Below are positions 1-14,098 of a stretch of DNA of 64,000 bases, piece by piece. Below the pieces are notes generated by a model. That model searched no databases and was not told the DNA's origin. It saw only the letters and a list, made by a program, of their open reading frames with translations. Both the position numbers and the translations under genes were made by a program. Source of the stretch: Octopus vulgaris (Eukaryota); the NCBI GenBank assembly GCA_951406725.2, contig OX597819.1, positions 128,154,001 through 128,218,000 on the forward strand. The letters are read 5' to 3'. Numbering within the stretch: the first letter of the stretch is position 1; every line of letters starts with the position of its first letter.

Positions 1-487
1 GTATACAAACATACATATGTATATATGTATATTATATAGATATATATACATATATATATATGTGTGTGTGTGCATATATATATGAGTGTGTGTGTGTGTG
101 TGTGTGTGCATATATATATATATAGGTGTGTGTGTGTGTGTGTATGTATATATATGTGTGTGTGATATGTATCCATGTATGTATACACAGATAGGAAGAT
201 GCACGCATACATAACTTATATTCTCCTGCATTACCTACACATCTAGCTGTCTGTCTGTCTGAGTCTGTCTCTCTCTCGCTCTCTCGCTCTCCCTCTCTCT
301 CTTTCTCTCTCTCTGAACCTGTTTGTCATATTATGCAAATATACTGACATTTTCATAAAAATACATATCTATGTATGTGCATAAATACATATATATATAT
401 ATATAATTATATATGGGCGTGTTTGTGTTACACACTCACACACAAACAAACATACACATATATATAAATACATATATAGATATATAC

Positions 488-597
<110 letters not shown>

Positions 598-1040
598 TAA
601 TAATATAATAATAATATATATTATATATGTATGTATGTATGTATGTGTGTATGTCGAAAGTAAAGAGGGGAGGGGAAGTGAGAGTTCATGAAGACCGTCG
701 GAAGTCGTGTACTGGAACCAAGCTCAGATAGCAATTGGTTTGATATGATTCCATATCATAAAAGTGATGCGCTCGCTGGCTGATACGTCACATTAGCGGC
801 TAACATCTTAATTCATTGCAATAATTCTAACGGAACGAAAATCGTAAGAAATTAACGCATTTAGGTTTCGCCGAAAATTTCATTAGACAGCCATGTTAAA
901 TCTAACGCGACCGTTCCATTACGTTGAGATAAAGAGCAAGAAAAGGCATGAAATAGTAAAGATATTTATGACTCGACTGGGTTGAAGAAACATCAGCGAT
1001 TATTTGTTATTCCAAATAATGATTTTTACATTAAAAATAG

Positions 1041-1094
<54 letters not shown>

Positions 1095-1132
1095 TATTTA
1101 TGTATATATATATAAGTATGTATGAATATATA

Positions 1133-1171
<39 letters not shown>

Positions 1172-1204
1172 GTATGTATATATATAAGTATGTATGAATA
1201 TATA

Positions 1205-1269
<65 letters not shown>

Positions 1270-1315
1270 ATATGTATGCTTATATAAATATATATATATA
1301 TACAAACACACAGAT

Positions 1316-1369
<54 letters not shown>

Positions 1370-2102
1370 CTTGCTGTTATATATACACATGTGTGCACAT
1401 GTGCAGGCCAGTCTAGTTATACATACCCTAACTGTCCAATAGACGAAGCAGCATTAAAATATACTGTTTATTCGGAAAAGTGGAAGGTCTGAGGGACAAT
1501 AGGCTGTTATATGTGAGTATAACGTGAATATATGTGCGAGACTATATTTGTGTGTGTGTGTGTGTGTGTGCGCGCACGCGTGTGTGTGTCTGTGTGTGTG
1601 TGTGTACGTATGTGCATTTTATACATAGCTGTGAGACCAACAAACCTGTTTTAGAGTCGCGGACATTTAAGAGATTGAAAAAAGACTATTTTGTTGCTCT
1701 CACTTTGAGACTTCCCATTTTTAGTTCGTTTCTTTGACCCCCTTCTTACGAATTGGTCAAAGTAAAGAATATGAAAGTGTTTAAATATGTATATATATTT
1801 CCACACACACACTCACACACACACAGACAGACATACTCACACGCACATTCACACATAGAAATTGTCCACGGTCCCGTTAAAGGTAAGAACAGCCAAAAAT
1901 TTATTCCTTCCGGTGAGAGATAAATGCCATTTAATATACCACAGTATTTATATAAGACCCACTAATAGTCTCATCCTGTGGAAACGCAATAATTTTGGAG
2001 ATTTACATAACGTTCTTTGTGTCTCTAGGCAATTTGTATTAAATACACGCAATTTTACATAAATGTTTTCAGTAAATACTTTATTTCGTTCAATTTTCGT
2101 AG

Positions 2103-2255
2103 ATGTGTGTGTGTGCATCTGTGTGTGTGTGTGTGCATCTGTGTGTGTGTGTGCATCTGTGTGTGTGTGTGTGTGCATCTGTGTGTGTGTGTGTGCATCT
2201 GTGTGTGTGTGTGTGCATCTGTGTGTGTGTGTGTGCATGTGTGTGTGTGTGTGCA

Positions 2256-2285
<30 letters not shown>
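2103..2285. repeat. Compound minisatellite, unit (GT)n-GCATCT of about 20-22 bp
   Basis: GCATCT recurs at near-regular spacing within a (GT)n tract. Confidence 0.9.
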
Positions 2286-2288
<3 letters not shown>

Positions 2289-2399
2289 AGATGTTTGGTA
2301 TTTGAAGACTTGACTAATCATGTTTGCTTGGAAACATATTGTATTTTCATGGCATGAAACTATTTGTTGCCTTTATCTAAATACTGCTCATTGCTATCG

Positions 2400-2468
<69 letters not shown>

Positions 2469-2688
2469 GAAATAGCAGTCAAAGACTGTTTATTTCTATT
2501 TTCTACAAATGAGACTTCACATACGACATATCCCTGTAATTCACATATGCAAAACACAAGGAAGAAATAATGAAAGCAAAGTCCAAGGGTTACTTACGAA
2601 CGCGTTTCTGGATTAGAAATAAATCTTCATATCCTTCATCAATGTAACTCTCTACTTAGATAGATTTCACAAATGCTATAACATACCC

Positions 2689-2734
<46 letters not shown>

Positions 2735-3056
2735 TACTTTTCTCACTGGATTGCGTGGTCGTTTCTCTTTTTGCCATCTCTGATTTTATTTTTGATCTAT
2801 GTAAATGAAGATATTTCTTCCGTCTTCTTGCTTTTCTTTCTACAAATACGGGAAGTTACTTTGCGGATCAGTAATTTTAACGAGCTGAATTTATCTATCA
2901 CCCGACGCGATATATCTACACTGCCGGGTGCTCCTGAATCACCTGTTGAGTGTCCCACCGATGAGGAACCTATGCTAGATATTTCGAAACCATTGTCGTG
3001 ATTAATAATAAATTCTTGTACATTCCTTCTTCCGTCTTTCATTTGCCATACACACA

Positions 3057-3092
3057 CAAAGCCTTGTGACGGAAACTGAAAGAAGTCTATCG

Positions 3093-3142
<50 letters not shown>

Positions 3143-3352
3143 TGTGTGTGTGGTTGTCCCCCCCCCCAACATCGCTTGAAAACCGATGCTGGTGTGTTTA
3201 CGTCCCCGTAAATTAGCGGTTCAGCAAAACGGTGATCGATTGAATTAGTATCAAGCTTACAAAGATTAAGTCCTGGCGTTGATTTCCTCAACTAAAGGCG
3301 GTGCTGAAGTATGGCCGCAGTCAAATGACTAAAACAAGTAAAACAATAAAAG
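3057..3352 (+). mobile_element. SINE family A, 5'-truncated and diverged
   Basis: Matches the full copies (e.g. 45739-46160) from CAAAGCCTTGTGA to the tail GGCGGTGCT...ATGGCCGCAGTCAAATGACT. Confidence 0.85.
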
Positions 3353-3371
3353 AATATATATATATATATAT

Positions 3372-3493
<122 letters not shown>

Positions 3494-4040
3494 GTAGATA
3501 TTGATAATAAGTATATGTTTGTGTGTGTCTGTCTGTGTGTATTCATACGTATATATGTATACATATATTCATATATTCACGCGCACACACACACACACAG
3601 ACAAATACAGTTTTCTCATTCTCTCTCAGTTGTCCTTATCTCTCATTCTGTGTCTCACTATACATGTATGTATGACTGTAAGTATGCACGCAAATTTATT
3701 TTACTCAAGGTTTCATGGCCGTAAAACATGTCTGCATTAGATGTTCTCTGACAGAGCATTTAGACCTCCATTACTCAGTTCAGGTCACGTAAGTGTATTT
3801 GAAGTGTGCTAGGAACATCAGTTCTTTCATCGCTTGCTCTACGTGTTAGAGCAGGTAGAACGTTGGCGTCACTTAGTGAATATTCTTCGGTTTTGAATAT
3901 TGACTAACAGACGCTAATATTCCATCTATTCTACCAGGCGGAACATGCAATACAAGAATTACGTTGCTGAAATGTGAAACTGTAGAGAATGCAGATTAAT
4001 TACTCTGCCACCTTTAAATTGTCTCACCTCTGACTCCGAA

Positions 4041-4088
4041 CATCTGATGATGTGGATGTTGCGTAAACTCGCGAAACTGCAGGTAATG
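4041..4088 (+). ncRNA. Degenerate type I hammerhead-like motif
   Basis: CAT-CTGATGA-...-GAAAC-TGCAG-GTA-ATG. Both core boxes and a 3-bp stem I are present, but stem II pairs poorly. Confidence 0.35.
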
Positions 4089-4456
4089 CAGAACTGGGTA
4101 AAACTGTTATTAAATACACTCAAATTCACGTTTTGAACACTACTTTTTCTTGTTTATTTATATTCATATACTATGTGTGTGCGTGCGTGTGTGTGTATGT
4201 GTGTGTGTGCGGAGCAAATTATTCACGAGAAAAAATTCACAAAAAATAATTTGCTGAGATATCGTTGACTCTGTTATTATCTAGTGTAACAGTTTAAAAA
4301 TGATTATAACAGAACCAATAATATAGACGATTGCAGGCCAAAGAAAAAAGCATATGTACACATATGTATGGACTAAGGACATTTTTGCATACTAGCAACG
4401 ATTATATACATACATACATAAATACATACACACACACACAAGCACACACACACTTG

Positions 4457-4487
<31 letters not shown>

Positions 4488-5073
4488 GAAATGAAGAAAA
4501 TGCTGACAAAATAATTTAAGTAAGGGAGAGTGTATTTAATTAGGTGAAAGTTCTTATTTTAAACAAAAAAAGGGAAAAATTGGGTTAGAATACAATGTTC
4601 ATTTTTTGTGAGAGTCTTTTACAGTGTTCTGTTTCAGAATAAGATATTTAGTAAAAGCGTGTAATATACAGTTTTTTGTGGAAAAGTTCAATGTCAGATT
4701 TCAGTGTAGAATAAAAAAAGTAAGAGTTTACCGGTTGCGCATTTGTTATGCTTATCAAAAGATATTTTGAGTGAGATAGAGTTCCTTTCTGATTTATTTT
4801 TTCTCTTATCTTATCTATATATATATATATATACGTTGCTATTATGCAAATGTGTCGTGAGTCCAAAGTGTTGCTTTTTCCATAGCAAAACCATCGTATT
4901 ACACTTTGACAATTTTTGATATCTTGGCATCTCAAGCAGCTGGTGATCCGATAGTTTGACCAAAAGAACCGGCTATTGCAAGCAAAAATATAGAAAAAAA
5001 CGCATTTGGTCAAATTTGAACTTACGACAGTTTAACATGATAGCAGTGTGTGTCTGTGTCTGTGTGTGTGTGT

Positions 5074-5350
5074 AATGCCTTGTGAGTGGATTTGGTAGAC
5101 AGAAACTGAAAGAAGCCTGTCGTATATATGTATATATATATATATGTATGTGTGTCTGTGTTTGTCCCCCTAGCATTGCTTGACAACCGATGCTGGTGTG
5201 TTTACGTCCCCGTCACTTACCGGTTCGGCAAAAGAGACCGATAGAATAAGTACTGGGCTTACAAAGAATAAGTCCCGGGGTCGATTTGCTCGACTAAAGG
5301 CGGTGCTCCAGCATGGCCGCAGTCAAATGACTGAAACAAGTAAAAAGAGA
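5074..5350 (+). mobile_element. SINE family A, 5'-truncated
   Basis: Near-identical to the 3' two-thirds of the copy at 55930-56328. Confidence 0.92.
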
Positions 5351-6064
5351 AAAAAAAAGAGTATATATATATATATATATAATAAATCTTTAGTTAAGTA
5401 TATTCAATGAGAATATTATATACTGAATTTATATTGAGTGCTCTATTGTATTAAAGTATTAATTCTATTATAGTATTTATGTATTTAATACGCGCGATTA
5501 TATATTTACATATATATTTTTGATAATATATTATTATTAATATCAGGAAATCAATATTAAAAAACTCTTATATACGTGTGTAAAATAATTATTGTATTAA
5601 AAATATATAAATATGTATAAAAATATATGTAAATATGTATAAGTTTAAATATATAATGTATATGACGAGTAAGAAAATCAAATAGTGAAAACACTAAAAT
5701 ACGACAAAGTATTTTAATATCGGTGACAATGTGTTTTAAAAGTATATAAAAATGGAAGAGAAAGCTGGGAAGGCGGAGTAGTGACAAAAAGAATAGGCAA
5801 AATGACGTCTATGATAAGAGGCTAAAAATGGGACATTTAAACCAGTTAAAAAAATAGACATACAGAAAAAAGAAAAGAGATATCGATGGAAGTGCTTTAC
5901 GACACCTTTGCAGTTCCAACGCCACATGAAGTCGAACCTAGGCGTAGCGGCACAAGAAAGAGGAAACAAACAGAACGGTTGAAAGTAGTGCCTAAACGGA
6001 AGAAATATTAAACTTACCTAGGAAGTAAATCTCAAAAAGGGAAATGTGGTGAATAGAAAAATGC

Positions 6065-6127
<63 letters not shown>

Positions 6128-7468
6128 AATAACTTCCAGAGGAAGTCAATCTCAAAAGGGGATGATGTTGTGGGGAGAGTCATTGGGATTGAAAGAATGG
6201 ACTAGCCGAACTCTTATATTCGTTGAGATGAGAAAGGTCGTAAGAGTCGTTGAGAGTTCGTGGCAGTCGTAGGAACTCGTTGCGATCGTTGAGAGTAGTG
6301 AGAAGAGAGTTTTGTCGATCCCCGTTTAGTGAAGTATGTATATCCAGCGTATAGAAGGATCTAAAAGTGGCGACGTGGATATCCACTTATAAAAATTATA
6401 CACAATGAAATGCCATACTTAAAAATCTGTGTATCCCAGAGTTTATGTTCTCAGTTTTTAAAATTTGAAGTTGGATCTGCTTTCTCCGTTTACAAAGATT
6501 AGCGGACACTGAAACACAGTGCGGTCGTATGTATGCGTCAGTTATACTCCTGATGCTATTTTGGACAAAATATTCGGTTTTTTTTTTTACCCGTAGTTCT
6601 GGTTACATTTAATGGAAGCAGTCACTGCAGTTTCGTTCCTTGAATTGACAAAGGCTGTTGTTTTTGTGATTCCTTATCTGTTTCAGTGCTCAATTGGAAG
6701 TCCTCTGTAGGATCAAGTTCAAGTCCATATTGATAGAGATTATTAAATAATTGCTTGTTCTCTGGATCATTGATACGAAACCTGTAGCCTTCGTAATATT
6801 TGAAATATAACACCTCCGTATTTGACATTTAAAGCAATAAGCAAATATTTGAAATGGTTGATAGAGTTATAGCAGCAAATAAATATGGGTTTTGGTAAAT
6901 TCTTTAACAGAATAGAAAGTGGAAACTTTTCACTGAGAAATATTGAGCCAAACTGGAATGGAAATGAAAACACACCTTAAACAGATTTGTACGGTAAATA
7001 CGAAACTAAAATTACAGAATAGAAACTGTCAAAGGAATAATGTTCTCGATCTATCAGAAATATTCCAAAGATATTTGAACTTTTTTAAAGTCCATATCGG
7101 AAAATAATAAAAGATAGCTAAGAGAAACAATGGGAAAAAATGTTTAGCTTTTACAATACGATTATAAAATTTTAAAATTAAGTTAAAGCGGTGAACTGAC
7201 AGAATCGTTAACCTACCAGGCAAAACACTTAGCGACATTTCATAGGTCTTTACTTTCTGAGTGCAAATTCACCCTTTCATCCTTTTGGGGTCGATAAAAT
7301 AACTGATTTTCAAACACGTCAGCCACTTTTATCAATAATAACAGGCGTCACTGAGACACTACAGACTGGATGATCACAGGTAGAGTTCGATTCAGTTGTA
7401 TAATACTCTGAGTATCGACGAAATGAATCATCAACTACCAACATCATTTTCTTTCTCTCTCCGCTCCC

Positions 7469-7580
<112 letters not shown>

Positions 7581-7984
7581 TATATACCTTTTGTGGCACT
7601 TTATGTACAGTTATATACATATACAAACATGCATATATACGCACATAAATGTGGTGTATATATGCATATATGTATGAATATGTGCATTTATTCAGTTTTA
7701 TTTTAAGATATCTTGCCAATAGAGAAGAAACCAATTTCTAACCTAGAGGTAAGACTCCTTCATTGGAATTTGAATAACATCAACAGGATGTGTATATGTG
7801 CAGCATTAGGAGGTAGTGCGTCTACAGATTTGTATGTTTATGCATATAGTTGCACGTGTGTGTAAGTATGTATATGTATGTATGTATGTATGTACACTTT
7901 TTTTTATCCGAGGGGAGGCAATGCGAGCAACAACCACAGAAACATCACAAAATCCACAGAAAGACCAAATACATACAAGTCTCC

Positions 7985-8133
7985 ATTCCGCCGAGGTCGA
8001 CTTTGCCTTTCATCCTTTCGGGGTCGATAATTTAAGTACCAGTTACGCACTGGGGTCGATGTAATCGACTTAATCCCTTTGTCTGTCCTTGTTTGTCCCC
8101 TCCATGTTTAGCCCCTTGTGGGTAATAAAGAAA
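7985..8133 (+). mobile_element. SINE family B (Meta-domain-like), 5'-truncated
   Basis: GCCGAGGTCGACTTTGCCTTTCATCCTTTCGGGGTCGATAA...AGTACCAG core and the tail CCCCTTGTGGGTAATAAAGAAA, shared with 20601-20829. Confidence 0.9.
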
Positions 8134-8453
8134 CATATACTCATTTATATCTATAAAGCCCGACATTTAAAAATTCAAAAATTTAGTAATATATAAATAT
8201 ATCATATAAAAATATAAATTTTGCATATAACACCTTGAATTTACGCCTAAAACATTTAGTATAAATTTGTTACGATAAGAGAAATACATATATTAATAAT
8301 AAATAAAAATAAAGCATACAATGACATATTAAAAGACGAATTAAAATTCTAGCGAAATATACATAGAAGATAATAATTATACAAGTTTACAAAAATATAA
8401 GTTTACAAAGATACACAGAAGTCCATCAGTATATATGTAAGTAAGTATTATGA

Positions 8454-8567
<114 letters not shown>

Positions 8568-8602
8568 TAAGAGGTTAATAGAGGATAAAACCACAACTCC
8601 AA

Positions 8603-8752
8603 CCGATGGGCTTCTGCACAGTTTCTGTCTGCCAAATTTCCTTTTCAAAGTTTCGGTTGAGCTGAGGTTATTATAGAATATCTTTCCCCGGTATGCTGTG
8701 ATCCGGAATCTAACCCGGAATCGTATGATTGCCAAGTAAGCTTCTAAACCAA
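8603..8752 (-). mobile_element. SINE family A, old 5' half
   Basis: Degenerate match to the head and body of family A. Confidence 0.6.
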
Positions 8753-9315
8753 ATGCATATGACTACACACCCCTACATTCAGAAATACGTATTAAGCCTA
8801 AATATATATGAGTGTATGCTTGTGTAAACTTGCACGTATGTGTGTGTGTGCGTCTGTGTATGCGTGTGCATGCGTGTGTGTGCGTGAGTGTGTGTTTTTT
8901 TCTAATGTCAAATTCAATTTCTAAGAAATTACATCGAGTTGAGCATTTTCATGTTAAAACGATTCTGTTACAAAAGGTAATTTACGATAAAGTATCATGT
9001 AAATTATTGTGTTATGTATATTAGAAAAATTATTTTGATGTCTGTACACTAAACGACCGATAAAATGGCGATAGAATATTATATCTTGTGTAAACACAAA
9101 CACACGTAAAACAGATGTATGTAGATGTATACACACACACATGCACACACATAAACACACACATACACCGACACACACATATATATATACACACAGAGGA
9201 AAGGGAAATATATATTTGTTTATATTGTTATACAAATGGCTATATATGTACATAAATATACATCTAAAAATGTACATGTATGTGCGTGTGTTTGTGCACG
9301 CGGGTGTATGTAGCT

Positions 9316-9462
<147 letters not shown>

Positions 9463-9692
9463 TATTTATTCTATGCTTAGTTATATATAAAAAAAATTAC
9501 ATTAAACTGATAAGGTTTTTAATACTTTTTACTTGAGTACACATTTATTAACTTTTGCAAGAACACGGTTGACAGTGACTTCGAAAATTCAACTTGCTAG
9601 CCTTCATCAGACTGTAATTGAATTTGCAAGTTTGTAGCTTCTACATTTCTCTTGATAGATGGGAGCTACGTGATTCGTAATTAGGTTTAATG

Positions 9693-10035
9693 TCATCATC
9701 ATCATTGTTCAACCGTGGTCGAGACAATGGAATTTACTATGTTACGCCAAACCTCACGGTCCATGATAGCATTTCGGAGGTCCTGTTGCTGGATGCCTGT
9801 ATCCCTGGAGATTACATCAGGGTAGGAGAGTGTGTGCCCTCTGGTATCGCGAGCAGATGGCTTCCAGAGGAGAAGAGTAGAAGTTACCTCGTTTTCAGCT
9901 CTACAACAATGTCCAGCAAATTGGACTCTTCTACATTTCACAAGAGATGGTACAGGTGGTAATTTCCCATATAATTGTACTCTGGTTGGATGAGGCTTCC
10001 ACGAGAGATTTTGAGCTCTCATAAGGAGGTATAGT
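9693..10035 (-). mobile_element. RTE-clade LINE 3' fragment
   Basis: ORF 9702-10022 reads RRVQFAGHCCR...LLLWKP...RG..LSYPDVI.RDTG...MDREVWR, typical of the RTE ORF2 C-terminus. A (TGA)n tail follows. Confidence 0.85.
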
Positions 10036-10699
10036 GTCGTTAGAGAGGGGAAATCGTTATGTAGTAAGGGAGTAATAGAGGAAGTTAGAAAAAAAAGGAC
10101 ATATAAGGTTAGTATTCAAATAAAATTACGGTGAGGAGATTTATTTTGGTTTGATGACAGGGATTTTTCATTTGTTACAGGTTCAGTTAGATGTGAAAAT
10201 ACAGGTATAAACGGATGCGGGAAAATCAGCTCACGATTTTCTTTCTTTGCGGTGTGTTAGGATTCACAAAACAATATTTACAGGTAATTCTTTTAGACGA
10301 ACAGCATAGGTCAGACAAGGGATGAATTTGGTGCTTGTGTTAACTTTCTTTTACACAGGGAATTTTGGGGACATTATGGTTGAAGAGACTATATTCCTAT
10401 ACATATATATGACGATTTTCTTACCTGGTTCTAACGTAGCTCCGTGTTTTATATTATACATATGTATACAAATGCATATATATGAATTCGTTAGGTCAAT
10501 TTTCATCCAAATGACTGCATGAGGATGATACGTTTTTCCAAAAGTAAATCTAGAATGGGATACAGATTTATAAACAACATATAAATATAAAAATATATGT
10601 ATGCATAGCCACGCATATATGCATGTGTACATCTAAATATTTGAATGTATGTATGTATGTATGTATGTATGTATGTACCTATCTATCTATCTATATATA

Positions 10700-10727
<28 letters not shown>

Positions 10728-10730
<3 letters not shown>

Positions 10731-11309
10731 AATTTAGAGAAAAACCACTATTAAACAATTCAATAAAGAAAGATGTTATTCTCACCATATAGAAAACATA
10801 TACTATAAAAAACCTTATTTCAAATCAATAAAGTACAATAAATAGTAAATAGTAGTAAAATGACTACGCACGTTTCATTACTATATTTTCAAATAGATAA
10901 TAAGAATAAAATCAATTCGATTCAAAATTAAGTCGAACAAAAATAAATTCTATTTAAAAATATAGTCACTCATCAGGTCTAAGATAGAAAATAATAAAAA
11001 ATAATAATAGAATAAATGTACTTATCTTAAAGTATACTAATTATAAAAAATACGTGTATTAACTATAAATAATCGAAAAACATTTAACAATATTTCTTAA
11101 AATAAAAATATAACTTATCTTGTCGAAGGATTTTCGACAAGATAATTTATATTTTTATTTTAAGAAGTATTGTTAAATTTTTTCGATTATTTATAGTTAA
11201 TACATGGTTTTTCTCTAAATTATATACATATGTTATATATTGTGATATTTGACTTAAAATTGTTAAATTGAATTTTTACCTGTAAATGTTGGAATTATAT
11301 TCCCTAATA

Positions 11310-11310
<1 letters not shown>
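10728..11310. mobile_element. Non-autonomous PLE-like fold-back element carrying a hammerhead
   Basis: Outer inverted repeat TATAATTTAGAGAAAAACCA at 10728-10747 and 11205-11224, inner hairpin 11055-11204, hammerhead 10862-10979, and terminal TTCCCTAATAT next to (CT)n(TA)n. Confidence 0.65.
10862..10979 (-). ncRNA. Type I hammerhead ribozyme motif with a very long stem II
   Basis: Minus strand reads GAC-CUGAUGA-[93-nt stem-loop, 20 of the basal 21 positions pair]-GAAAC-GUGC-GUA^GUC. Confidence 0.75.
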
Positions 11311-11406
<96 letters not shown>

Positions 11407-11699
11407 TTATATATATATATATAAATGAGGAAGGGGTAAGTCAAATTGACATTGCAATTGTTTCTGTAAACGGACGATATTATTTATTCTTCATCTCACA
11501 GTAACGTTATGCAATTCAGACAACATTATGTAATTCATGCCATAATATATATGTCAATGTTGTTGCGGTTTAGATGTGAAAATATGAGCAATGGGATAAG
11601 TGAGTTCATAATGTGGACTCTATTTTACTAGTTTCTTTCATCTAACTGCTCATGAAACTCATTAAATGGCCGATTGTCGTTCTACGATAAATGCTTTGA

Positions 11700-12585
11700 T
11701 CTATAGGATTAAAACTTGGAGACTGGCTACACGAGTTTCTAAAAGATAGAAATTATGTAGCAGTAGCGAACTGGGCTACCTCTAAGGAGACGCAAATAAG
11801 GAGTGGTATCCCACAAAGCACTGTCTTGGGCCACTGCTATTAATAGTGACCCTCTCAAACATGCTCTCAGCTACTCAGATAGCCATCCTTGCAAGTTATG
11901 AACACGATTCAAAAGCCTCCCTGAGAATACAGAACCATGGACATGTTGCGCAAGGATTGGACGCAACGTACACGTAGGTTGAGGGCAATAACATGCAGTT
12001 TAGTACATTTTGTTGCAGTTTAATGCATGCTAGCCCTGCGCTACTAGTACACGAAGCAGAATGAAGTGTATACAGGTTACACTGGCCCAGGAGGGATTGC
12101 AATCCCTGAATCAAAATCGGTGCGCGACCTAGGCATTGACAGGAGTACTGGTGCATCTTTCCAGTTGCATATTACTGAGATGGCAACAAGATGCAGGCGG
12201 CTGGATGGATGGGTCCTTAGAACTTTCAGAACGAGAGAATAGGAATCCATGATGACTCACTGAAAGATATTTTTCCTCAGCCGTTTAGATAACTGTTCCC
12301 AATTTTGGGCTCGACACAGTGTAAAATTAACGGTGGAACTCGGTGCAATCTAGCAAAACTACAGAGAACGTCTCAATGCGCCTTACTGGGAGAGACTGAA
12401 AACGTTGAGACTCTTCTCCCTAGAATAAAGGCAGGAAAGATATGTAGTAACATACATCAAACTCGCTCATTCACCGAACACATCATTCATCAAATTCCAC
12501 ATCTCAGAGGAGGTTTCAAGTAGTGGATAGGTAGGAAAGCAAACGACGGTTCCCTCAGTATGGCCGCAACTCTCGAACTAAAATT
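11700..12585 (+). pseudogene. Heavily decayed CR1-type LINE RT/3' fragment
   Basis: Broken frames give KLGDWLHEFLKDR, SGIPQSTVLG, RDLGI, GWVLRTFRTRE and YWERLKTLRL, collinear with the LINE at 24268-25834. Confidence 0.8.
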
Positions 12586-12731
12586 GGTAATATAAATATA
12601 TATATAAGCAAAATAGGAAAGAGTATTAAAAATATATATTTCAGAGGGCCTTCTAAAAAGATGCACACATGCACACACACACACACACACACGCACGCAC
12701 ACACACACACACACGCACACGCACACGCACA

Positions 12732-12776
<45 letters not shown>

Positions 12777-12920
12777 ACACATGTTCAACCTTTTGATGTT
12801 AGTCAAATAAAACGTGCTTTATCGTCGTTTTATTGCACCGCTTTTTTTTCTTTGCCATCACAAATATATACACATTTACAAATATGTACATAACAGACAC
12901 AAACACAGACCCACACAAAT

Positions 12921-12960
<40 letters not shown>

Positions 12961-13800
12961 TTCTCTATGCATTACTTCTGTTTTCATGTTTGAGTCTACG
13001 AAAAACAAGAAAACAGCAAAGCAAGGAGCACGAAAGGGACTGACATTTATCCATCGAATGAATATAATTGCTGCAATGATGAGAAAGAAATTGTGTGTAT
13101 CATCATTTATACCCCCACAGCACATATCGTTAATGGACCACCGCATGATATTATGGCAGTCTTCAAGAATTAGCCATGTGTTCGCCTGCCTGCCTGCCTG
13201 CCTGCCTGCCGACTAACATTTACCTGTTAAAGATTTTGCGCTCAATTACATGTGCCGCCGACATAAAGGTTTTCTTCAAACCAGCTGTTTAGAAGAACTG
13301 TTAACAAGATTTCGTTACTAGGTTTCAGGACAAGGTTTCCTTGGCGAAGAAGGTTTCATTTTGAGGAAGAAAAGTTATTTCCCCCCACCCTTCTCTTTTA
13401 AAAGTACAATCATTTACTATTTTCAAAGGAATCCAGTTTATAGCTTTACTAACTTGAAGATTTGTTGTTATTTTCATTAAACAGCAAGTACACACAACCA
13501 CACACATACGAGCACACGCATGCACACACACAACTCTGTCGGTCATTCTCATCCTTACCGCATCTAACTACACACAAACACACACACACACACAAGCAAC
13601 AAGGTCTCAGACAAGCAAAGACGGCCTCACCTCTGTAATGAAGTAAAAGAGACAGTCACTGAAGAGGTTGCCATTGACGATGGAAGCACTTTGATGAACA
13701 AAAAGAAAAAAAAAGTTTGACTGCTTAACCAACAGGTTAAACAAACGATCGCTTAACTACTTGCATAAATATTCAACCAACTGGCTAGAAATAAAGAAGT

Positions 13801-14098
13801 TTGTTCCTTCTCGAGCCGCACCTGGCTCATAAGGGCCGGTTTCCCGGTTTCTTTGGCGCATAGGTTCCCCACCTGGACGGGACGCCGGTACGTCGCAGGT
13901 GAGCTGCAAGATGCAGGAGGAAAGAGTGAAAGTTGTGGTGAAAGAATCAGCAGAAGTTCGCCATTACCTTCTGCTGGAGCTGCGTGGAGCTTAGGTGTTT
14001 TCGCTCATAAACACACACATCACCTGGTCTGAGATTCGAACCCACGATCCCTTGACCGTGAGTCCGCTGCTCTAACCACTGGGCCATGTGCCTCCACA
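13801..14098 (-). mobile_element. SINE family C (tRNA-derived head), full length with TSD
   Basis: Minus-strand head has A-box TGGCCCAGTGG and B-box GGTTCGAATCT. A 14-bp target-site duplication AGAAATAAAGAAGT lies at 13787-13800 and 14099-14112. Confidence 0.93.

Noticed and set aside
2103-2285. Regularly spaced repeats resembling a CRISPR array
   Set aside because: The spacers are plain (GT)n, the context is eukaryotic and there are no cas genes.
2592-3040. Coding-looking minus-strand stretches (ESYIDEGYEDLFLIQKRV before a GTAAGT; NGFEISSIGSSSVGHSTGDSGAPG...)
   Set aside because: No convincing acceptor, no recognisable family, interrupted by stops and a microsatellite. A blastx search would be needed.
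9565-9615. Minus-strand CUGAUGA...GAAG...GUC hammerhead-like pattern
   Set aside because: The GAAA box is altered and stems I and II do not pair properly.
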